A DNA stretch of 64,000 nucleotides. Source: Syncephalis fuscata S228. Taxonomy: Eukaryota; Fungi; Zoopagomycota. The DNA lies in the NCBI GenBank assembly GCA_025786725.1, contig JAHLTZ010000011.1:248001-312000 (forward strand), in the 5' to 3' direction. Below, one piece after another: positions 54,173-64,000 of the stretch; positions within the stretch are counted from its first letter, which is position 1; each line of letters opens with the position of its first letter. The position numbers and the translations under genes are program-made. The notes under the pieces were generated by a model. It made no database searches, was not told where the DNA came from, and saw only the letters and a list, made by a program, of their open reading frames with translations.

Positions 54173-54959
54173 TTGAACTACTAGTTCAATACAATTTAGG
54201 TATATACTTGTGGAAACAAGGCTATTTGACAGCTGCTGGCCAGCACGTTTATATACCAAGTCCCATCCATTGCTCCGGTTCCTTTATCCCTTAATCAATG
54301 GCATCATTATATTATTAACAAAATCGTATTTAGCTGTATCTACTCAGCCATACAGATCTGTAATAATAAATACATGATTTCATCTATTTATATTTGATAG
54401 CTTTTTAAGTCTGTATTATTTTTGCATTCAAATATTAAAAATATCACTCAAATAACAATCCAATATATAGGTATTATAGTAATATTTTTTAGATAATATT
54501 GTTGTGAGTCTAAAAATAGAAATATTTTTAAATTACTTGGCATAAATATATTAAAACACCTGTGTACGCACGCTCACTATAAATACATACATAATCTGCC
54601 CATCTTGTAATAAAGTATTGCTCATCACTACATTCTATTTTATTAATTAGTTAGTTGTCTTATCCAATGACAACATAATATTAGCAGTATTTTATTAATT
54701 AAATAATCACTATTACTTTCCAATCTGCATTTAATTACATTATAATCATTTTTTAAACAAATCATAGCTATTATAAATCAATACTAAAGTACTTATATGA
54801 GTTAGTGATTAGTATTGATATTCAATATATGTATTGTGCTTATAATTAAAACATATAACACTAAAAACAATGCAGTCGAGTGGTTTTTTTGTTAGTTACA
54901 TTATTATTTTATTTTAAATAGTCTATTTTATAATCAAGTAAAATAAGGCTTATTGTAGC

Positions 54960-56228
54960 ATAGACACATTTAATATTGACCGTGCTGTCTTTCCTTTCAT
55001 GTTAACGCTAATTGGGAGTGCTGTGTTTTATTGGGCTCTCGAGCTATATATTGGCCATAAAATTCATTCTGATCAACTCAGCTTTTATGAATTAGTTTTT
55101 AAGAAAATTATTTGGCAGCGCAAAAAATGCTAACATTACGTTCAAAGTAACGGAGAGGAACAAACGGATGAGGAAGCTTCAAAGGAAAGATTTTGACTAC
55201 AAAACGACCTCATGTCTGCGGACGGTAAAAATGATCCTGTTTAACTTTTAGGCCTGTGTAAAACATTTGCTACTCGGACTAGGCCAAACGCTGTGCTGGA
55301 CAATGCTTGGATGGCCACACGCACTAATGAATGTTTTGGCTACTTGGGCCCAAATGGAGCCGGAAAACAATGACACTTGAAGTAAGATAATCGACACATT
55401 TGATTTGAAATACTAATCATCGCTATCTATTAGATTTTTACAGGAAAGTTGCAGGCAACTACAGGTACCGCAAGTATCTGTGATCCGCCCATACAATCTT
55501 ATGATATGCGTATTCATTCGCTTCTTAAAGTTTGTACACAACATAGCATTTTATGGAATAAATCAACTGCTGGGAACATTTGCGCCATTTGCACGTATTA
55601 AAGGTGTGGCTAAAAATGAAATTGAAAGTGCTACAGAGGAAATGATTTAGTTACTTGACTTGACACCAGTAGTCGATCAGTATTCCGACACATACTCCGG
55701 TGGCAATAAACGACGCCTCAGTCTAGCTATTGCCTGTATTAAACATCCACAAGTTATGTTTTTAGACGATAAGTAGCTGCTGCAAGTTTTATCTATTCAT
55801 TTAATCTAACACCATTTAATGTGTAGAACCAACAACTGGCGTTGATATTGGTATTTGTGTAAAATTTGGGAGTATATTCGACACTTAAAAAACGTTTTAG
55901 TATTGTGCTTATCACGCACAGTATGGAGGAGGCAGATACACTGTGCGATCAAGTTGCTGTAAGGGTCAATGGCCAGGTACAGGCAATTGGCACGCCACAG
56001 CGTTTAAAAAACGTATACGGAACAGATTATAAGATTCTAATAAAAACAACCGATTTCAATGGTGCAGTGGCAGTTCAACAAAAATCCTGTATCAAGCTAG
56101 GTGCCAAATCCATTCAGTTACTTGGTTGTCATTTAGAGATGGAATGTGAGCGTCAGAACCAATCGCCCATCATGGCAGCCGACACAACTGGTACATTGGC
56201 ACGTACCTTTCATATAATCAATTCTTAA
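54960..56228 (+). pseudogene. ABCA-type ABC transporter fragment (last TM segment plus second NBD only)
   Basis: CFGYLGPNGAGK, YSGGNKRRLSLAIA, FLD-EPTTGVD, THSMEEADTLCD. In-frame TAG at 55648, donor GT mutated to AT at 55769, frameshifts, and no 5' portion. Confidence 0.85.
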
Positions 56229-56367
56229 TGTACATTGTAGATGTAATTACTACAATAAGCAATAAATAATTAATAATTGCATATTTATTTATTGAATCAA
56301 TTACTAGAGTATTTATTATATAAAACATAATAACTATAGACAACTATTTATTAATTAAAATACTTGA

Positions 56368-58079
56368 TTAGCTGGCTTTAAGACAATCATCAATAATACG
56401 CATGCAACCTAGTATACGCTCTTCAGAGAATCTTTCGCCAAATACTTGGATACCAATTGGTACACCATGTAAAAGATCCATATCGTAAAATTTACGTGAC
56501 GTGTTTTCTATATAAGAAATGGGTGCGTCTCCTCCTAGCCATGATACATTTTCTTGCTGTTTATCCAGTTTAGCATCAACAGTGGTTACGGGAATTGCTC
56601 CCGCAGTTACATCGAGAACATTATGAAGCGCAGTGTAGCAAACCATAGGGAATTGCTTGCCGGCCGTTTCGTGTAGCACGGCAGGTACACCAAAACCTGG
56701 GCAAATAATAGCGTCAAACGGACGACCACATTCCTGTAGAGCCGTTTCACGCGCTGTACGCAAAAACAAATTACGATATTTATTGCGACGGCCAACTAGC
56801 ATGGCATCTCCTCAGTTGTATGACCGCGTGATATTTCTAGCAATTGAGCTAGCTGTGGCTCTTTATACCAATAAGTAGCGATCCACATCTTTATCTTACG
56901 GGTAATCCAGTGCATTTCGGTCATTTCCAATTGTGGTGTAATGGCTTGACAACGGTCATCATTGCCAAGAATGGCTCGCACATCGCTAAGATTATCGGCG
57001 TAGAGCAATCCCAGGAAAAGTGTAAACGCTTCAAGTACATTGGGCGGCTTGAATTCGACCACTTCATGTCCTGCTGCCCGTAATTTATCAACGGCTATTC
57101 TTACTGCACGCTGACAAGCTGGCGCCGCTGGAAGAAAGCCATCATAAGTATAATAGCCAAGACACAACTTGGCCGGTGGCTGCCATGTGCGCCACGGTAA
57201 AGGAACACAGCCTGAATCTTCTGTCCATGGCTCTTGTTCAATGAGGGCCTTCATGAACAGTTCGAGGCTAGCCACATCACGAGCCATTGGACCAACACTA
57301 ACAGGTATGTATTCCTGAAATCCTTCTTCACCAAGCGTCTCGGCCAATGGTACACGGAATGACGTTGGCTTAAGGGCGTAGATGCCCGAGCAATGCGCTG
57401 GAATACGCACCGATCCACCAATATCCGATCCAATACCCAGCACTGAGGCTTTACTGGCTAATAGCGCACCTTCACCGCCACTACTGCCACCAGGAGCCAC
57501 GTGTTTGTTGTGTGGATTTAGTGTACGACCAAAAACCGGATTGTAGCACTCAAACGTCAGCAGTGTTTGAGGTACGTTTGTTTTCACGTATGGAATAGCA
57601 CCCGCTCGACGTATACATTTTATCAATACGGAATCGCGTGGATGCTTTACGCCTATCAGCGAAGAATGGCCCATACAAGCTTCATGGCCCTTCATTATCA
57701 TACTATCTTTAATTGAGATGGGCAGGCCGTGTAATGGACCAATGGGTCCCTTTTCCGCCATATGTTCATCCATTTTACGAGCTTCTTCAACCGCCTCTTT
57801 AATAAGCACTTCTGCCAAGCAGTTAACCTTATGTTGGGCATTTAATGCCCGTATGCCTAAAACGGTGGCTGCTTGAAGTGCCGTAAACTGTTTTTGTGCT
57901 AGAGCAGTCGTTAAATCACAGGCTGACATGTCACCCAAGCCATTTATCTTTTCGGTAAGCTTTAATTCTTCACTCAGTTTATCGAGCGTAACTTGAGCCG
58001 CATCAATATCGGCCTCTTGTTGTTGCCGCTTCTCACCACAACGGTGACGCGCAGCCCGAGCAGTAAACCAGCTAGACAT
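56368..58079 (-). CDS. Amidase-signature family enzyme (FAAH/acetamidase-like), intronless, one frameshift near 56800
   Basis: GPLHGLPISIKD, PGGSSGGEGAL, GIGSDIGGSVRIPA, and C-terminal GVPIGIQV. Confidence 0.92.
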
Positions 58080-58264
58080 AGTAGTGCACTAATAGGATAC
58101 GAAAGAGAAAAATGCCAGATATGAACGGTATTGTCATGTTCCTGTATTTATTGACAAAATGCACATCAAGGCAACGTAGCACAGCTACAGAACAAGCTGC
58201 ATCAATTATGCTACAGATCAGGTACTAAGAATACTTGTTTATTTATGTGTGTATTTATCATTGT

Positions 58265-60991
58265 TCATTGTCGTCGTTTCATTTCCGGCGTATCATCTTG
58301 GCGCTCTTCAAAGATAGGCTTGGGCTGATTCTTTTTATAAGCTGTAGTAACCAATGTTCACATTAATATGTTAATGGGTATTTTTCATTAATATGCACAT
58401 ACCTTGGCCTACAAATCTTGGATTGGCCTCTGCATCTTTAGCGTACTTTAATAATGCTTCTCGAGGATCATCGGCTAAATAAAAATAAACAGTAAATTAA
58501 TCCATTATTATATCCATTTTTATGTATTATTATATAGCGATAGCTTACATTGTAATTTATCTCGAAGTCCATCAATAGCAACATACTCTTGTATATTGCT
58601 ACCCACACGTACGCCACGTCCTTGAGCAGACATGGGTAAATCTATGAATGTTTGGTTAGTACATTATATTGAAATTATATTGAATCTAAATACTTACCTG
58701 GTCGCTTTGATTGCCGTGGATCTTTGCGTGCTTGTTCTTTCAAGCGTTTAAGGCTTTTGTTCTCTTCTTCGCCAAACATTGGCAGAACATTGGGTGTGAC
58801 AATATTTCCCACTGTCTCTTGCTCATCAATTGCGCGGCGTTTAGGTGCCCGATCAGCACATAAAAGTGCACCTTTATTACTATCAGTTGTACTATACAGA
58901 ACCGATATTTGGCCATTACTACAACCGGCCACTATCTAATATATCATTACATTAATTTTATATATATATACATATATATATTATAATCAACTTACTTGGT
59001 TGATGCGTTCATGCCATAATACTCTGATAACACTTGCTTCCGATATCGCTATTTACATTATATAGTAGCATTAACAATTAGTTATGTGTAGATATTAATT
59101 AAATATAGCATATTTACTTAATTGACGAACTACTTTTAGCGTAGATCGATCAAGTACAGCAATCCTGCCCTTCTTCTCCTCCGGCGTAGTTCCCAATCCT
59201 ATACAATAGCTATGGTTACTCATGTGGACACTCATCAATGATTTCTATAGTTACCGGTTAGTATAAGCTTCCCATCTGGACTAAAACATAAATTGCCCTC
59301 GGAACTGGCACTAGGTAATTGATGGGCCACACAGACCGGTTCTTTTAACCGTCGAATATCCCATACTAATTGTATTAATCATACGCGTTAGTATTAGATG
59401 TCAAGAACAACAATATTCGCTATAATAATAATTTACATTTTACCGTATCATCCCACCACGAGATACTACTTGCTGATCCCCGGTGTAAACATAACTGAGG
59501 AAGTATCCGTCAATGGTGTATGAGCATTTTCTGCCGTCTAATCATATTTAATCAATACACCATGTTACGCAATACTAGTAACACATTCATGCCATTTACC
59601 TGAACAGGTCTAAATAACGATCCATTGGTTGACCATATACTAATAGTACCATCCTGGGCCGCTAATCTTAATTTAATAAAATGATTATATACTAAATACC
59701 ATATGACATACCTGATACGACGGCTGATCCATCCGAGTTATATGACACGGCAGTAATTGGCGTACGTGATGCCTTTCCCTTGCCTTATATACAGCCATTC
59801 CCTGTTGTCTTGTTGTCTTATTACCATTCCACAATCTATTTCTAATATAAGTAAAGCATAATATACAACTGTTATCTTGCTACCTAATGGTACTATCAAC
59901 CGATGCAGTAATAAACCTTTCCTTGTCTGTAGGATGCCATTGACAACAGTTGATCATAGCTACATGTCCACTAGTATGTATTCATTAGTAAAACTATATA
60001 CACTATATACAAGTCGACTATATCTAACTATTTACCTTGTATGTTTTAGGTCCCGTATATAGACATCACCACGAGAGAATTCAGATCTATATTCATTATT
60101 TAATAATATTAATATTAATATTAATGGTGTTATAATGAATATTAATATAAACCTACACGCTAACACCATTACGATCAAATATTTTTGCTTGACAAGTAGT
60201 AGGAATTACCAATAACTGATCACCACTTAAACTAAAGTGAATATCTTTAATCTAGTTCATATAGACCACAGTAATTAAGGCCATTTAATAAACTATTATT
60301 ATTGTTCTTATTATTCTTATTATTATTCTACTTACTTTATTGCCTTCACATGGTTCAAAATTACGAAATGCCCGACCTGATGAATCCATGCCGTTGAAAT
60401 CCCATAGACGTACAGTATCGTCATAAGCACCAGTGGCCACACGAGAACCTGATGGCTCAATAGACAAGGCTGAAACGGCCTATATGATCAATCCAGTATC
60501 AATATTATATTATACTATATATTATATATTTATATCTTACTTTATTATGACCAACTAACTTCATTTCATGTGATACAGGTAATGTTGAACAAGTATCATG
60601 ATCGCCATCTTCTTTATCAATATCTAAATTTAATGATTCTGATGCTGTGGATGTTAATATTCCTTTATCGCTATTCTATACACATAACAAATAAGTTAAT
60701 ATCCATTAAACTAAAAATTATTATTATTACTTTAGACGACGGTTTCGTTGAATGGCTACTTGCTTCCAACGTCGTTGATGTTCCACTAGACTTCTTCTTA
60801 CTCGGTCGACTTAATAAGTCGTGGTCATTACTCTTCTTCGTTGAGCGAGACCCTTTCACAGACTGGCCATCAACGCCAAAAGACTTTGGCAATAGTGAGG
60901 AGAGTATATCATCCTATATACGCGGAATATACAACAACAAACTATAAGTTACCTTAAATGACTAGTCTATTCTACTTACAAAACCTGACAT
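58265..60991 (-). CDS. WDR70: WDR70-like WD40 protein
   Basis: LLPKSFG, PSGSRVATGAYDDTVRLWDFNGMDS..RAFR..EPCEG, RGDVYIRDLKHT.GH, IVTPNVLPMF, DPREALLKYA..A..NPRFV. Confidence 0.9.
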
Positions 60992-61169
60992 GTCAATCGA
61001 TAAGAAAACGATAATATACTGTAGATTACAATAGTAAATGTAAATGTAATAATAAAGCTAATTAATTCAATATTAATTGATCAAGTGTAGTGTTTTATTT
61101 CTTTTCCATTAATATCTTCACATTAACAGATACTACACGGTCTGTATTTGTGCTTATGTAAACACTATT

Positions 61170-61722
61170 ATGGAACGACCTATTCGTAGACCGGGTCGTG
61201 CCAATGCCTCACAACGTAAACGACCTATTGAGAAAGTAACTATTGAACACGTTACACCACGTCCGTCTATTTCTACAATACCTTCAACTACTACAACAAC
61301 AACAAACCACGATGAATCTGTAAGTTATATAAAAATAGTAAACAATATATATTGAATACGATACTCTAGACTGTACCAACCAACAATACAAATATTCAAT
61401 TAGGTAAGAACAGAACAGTAGTATATACTAATATAAATACTAATACTATTTATATAGATCCATCAACTAATTTATTACGTATATTGCATCATGCTACAGT
61501 TGATTTAATTGCTCATGGTGATCTTGGTGATCCAAGATTGAGTCAACAATTAAATAATGCATTTGAGGCAACGGCACTCAATGCAGTTGGTAAGTAATTG
61601 ATATTTTATTTAATTAATAAGTATTGACATTGATCTATTACAATAGCCAATTTAATGATTGAGTATACAGCACACATTCTAAGACCTACACTTGAACATT
61701 TAAACGAAAAGATGGAGATGGA

Positions 61723-61763
<41 letters not shown>

Positions 61764-61835
61764 CGAAGATGGATATGAAAAGAACAAGAACAAGAAGATA
61801 ACGACAGTAACTATAGTAATAGTGAATCAGAATAG
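61170..61835 (+). CDS. Small intron-containing protein with acidic tail, possibly Rrn10 (Pol I UAF subunit)-like
   Basis: Four exons. PSTNLLRILHHAT...AFEATALNAVANLMIEY resembles the PDSDLLKAIH...DETALLALGILLEE pattern I recall for fungal Rrn10. A (GAT)n tail follows. Family assignment is tentative. Confidence 0.45.
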
Positions 61836-61906
61836 TATAATATAAATAATATACAAATATTTGAATCGTTATAACAAAACTAGCTTTTACTTTTACTATG
61901 TGATAA

Positions 61907-64000
61907 TTAATCCAAATGTGTTTCGGATAACATCTTTTGTCGATTTGCTTCAATATGACGACGTTGTGTTTCTTGTAGTTTGTGTACAAGTTTATTGGTC
62001 TTTTTAGCTGTACGGCGTTCCTATTATTATTATTATTAAATTATTATTATTATTAAATTATTATTAATGTCACTTTATTGGTAATTACACTGATTACTTA
62101 CTCGTTTAGCTTCTTTGGCTGCTTCTTTACGTAATTTACGTTCTTCTTGTGATTCAGTCTTGGATCGAGCAACTCCCAAATTCACACCTATATAAATATA
62201 AATATGTAGTAATCTAGTAAATATAAATCATACCAGTCTTTTCCGCTTTACTTGTTGTTGTCGTCTCATCATTTCCATCTTCTACAACAATTGGCATACC
62301 ACTTTTACGACTAAGACGAATACGACGATTAACCTCTTGAATTAATCCAGGATGATTCTCAAGATTAGAATAGGTACCTAAATATTAATGTTAATATTAC
62401 TATTAAATATAAGTTATAATTACTTACTTAGAATCGATTCACAATCCCATGCATCTCGTTCCTTCTCTTGTGGATACAACATATCAATACTCTTTGCTGC
62501 ATCGATAGTTGAACGATAAGCACGCTCATTTAATTGAGCCGTTGCCTCTTTGATTCTACCCGCATCGGTATCGTCTTCATCAACTAGAAGGGCGTGACGA
62601 TAAGCACCGAGTTTCTCACCGGCACTGCCATGCAACATAGGCAACATCTTCTTGCCAATAACCTCGTATTTATCCAAGAAATCATCAAGAATGGCTTCAA
62701 AATCTTCACGTTGTTTAATTGATATATGAGTGCGTCTACCAGTTTTAGGATCGATATCTGCATCATCATCATCATCATCGTTCTCTTCATCATCGTCATT
62801 TCTTTCATATTCCTCTTGAATCTAATATTATATTATTAATAACTGACTATAGTATAACCAATTAACTTACTCGATCAAATTGTTCATCCAACATTGTCAA
62901 TTTCTCATTACGGAACATAGCCGAGGATGACATTGAGAATCCAGTGCCTACTGAACCAGTTTCAAATCGATCACTTTGATTGTCATCTGCTGCTGCTGCC
63001 CTTAATTGCTTAAATCTATTAAATAAAAATGGTTAATATTAATAATAACTAAATACTCTATATCTATATATCTATATATTTATATATTACTTTAAGAAAC
63101 GTCTCTCCCATCCACCTTCATCATCATTTTCATCGTCATCGTAGTCATCTTCATCACTTTCTCCTACTACATCAAAATCAAATGCATCTTCATTCGAATC
63201 AGCATCAGCATCGAGTTGGGCAATAAAATCATCATCAAGTGTATCTTCAGCTTCTTCGTCATCTTCTTCTTCATTATCACTTAATTCAAGTGCTTCAAGC
63301 GCTTCTCTTAATTCTGGATCCATATCTGGCTGTAATCCTATTATTTACACACACACATATATATATTACTATTTAATATATATATATATATACATTTCTA
63401 TTCACTATACCTTGTACTACAGCTGGTTGATTCATTAGACCAATAGGCATTTCATAGACTGATGGCAATACTTCAGCTGGTAATAGTGTTTTTGATGGAT
63501 TCCGTGGTGATTCATCCACAGTTGATACATCATCTTTAATCTATATTAAATTAATATTAAAAAATGTTTATTAACATAGTACACTACTTACCTGGACACT
63601 GCTCTTCTTCTCTTTACGTTCACGAGTGGGTGCTTCTAAAAATATAGCACCTTGATTGCCTATAGGACGTAAATGCTGTGTATAGTCATACTCGGAGTCA
63701 TCAAAAGATACACCGAATAAGGCTGCTTCACCAGTATGGCTGAAATATATATATAACAATTAGGTTGGTCAGTTCAGTTACTCACTAGTGCTACAATGAA
63801 TATAGAATGTACTTACTTCTCTTCATCATCGCTACTACCAATGTCAGACAAGTGATTGGCTTGTCTATTGGCCGCTCCATGTCCCTAGTATATAGTTGGT
63901 TAGTATGAATATACGCCCTATTTCCTCATTCTTGTTCTTACCCGTGTAATTTCCTTGAATACACGGTCTGAGGCTTCTGCATCAGCAATGAGCGGGTCTC
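61907..64000 (-). CDS. LTV1: Ltv1 40S ribosome biogenesis factor, 5' end outside the window
   Basis: DPLIADAEASDRVFKE, GEAALFGVSFDDSEYDYTQHLRPIG, QPDMDPELREALEALE, FSMSSSAMFRNEKLTMLDEQFD, WDCESILSTYSNLENHPGLI. Confidence 0.93.

Noticed and set aside
56790-56810. Programmed ribosomal frameshift in the amidase
   Set aside because: No slippery heptamer is evident, and similar indels occur in many genes in the window, consistent with sequence error.

Overview
AT-rich eukaryotic DNA with short GT-AG introns. It looks fungal, and an early-diverging lineage is my inference. Blocks of housekeeping genes (RasGEF-domain protein, YPK1/Gad8 kinase, METTL21-like methyltransferase, Slt2/Mpk1 MAPK, WDR48, a SAM methyltransferase, WBP1, EMC1, amidase, WDR70, LTV1) alternate with gene-poor islands. 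The main result is two paralogous secreted-peptide genes (34855-38612 and 51645-54172) that the ORF track misses. Each has a signal/pro-peptide exon followed by a tandem array of ~78-nt related introns separated by exons of only 3 nt, a few longer. Joining the micro-exons by hand gives stop-free, Cys-patterned mature peptides that differ completely between the paralogs, while their signal exon, introns and flanks remain recognisably homologous. Two related retro-like inserts sit at the same position of the intron repeat. The window also holds a gag-only LTR element with apparently identical LTRs, two decayed TnpB/Fanzor-like fragments, two foldback elements, a ricin-B lectin gene with Kex2-type repeats and an ABCA pseudogene fragment. 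Single-base frameshifts in several conserved genes suggest indel errors in the assembly. All alignments and translations were done by eye and no database searches were run.
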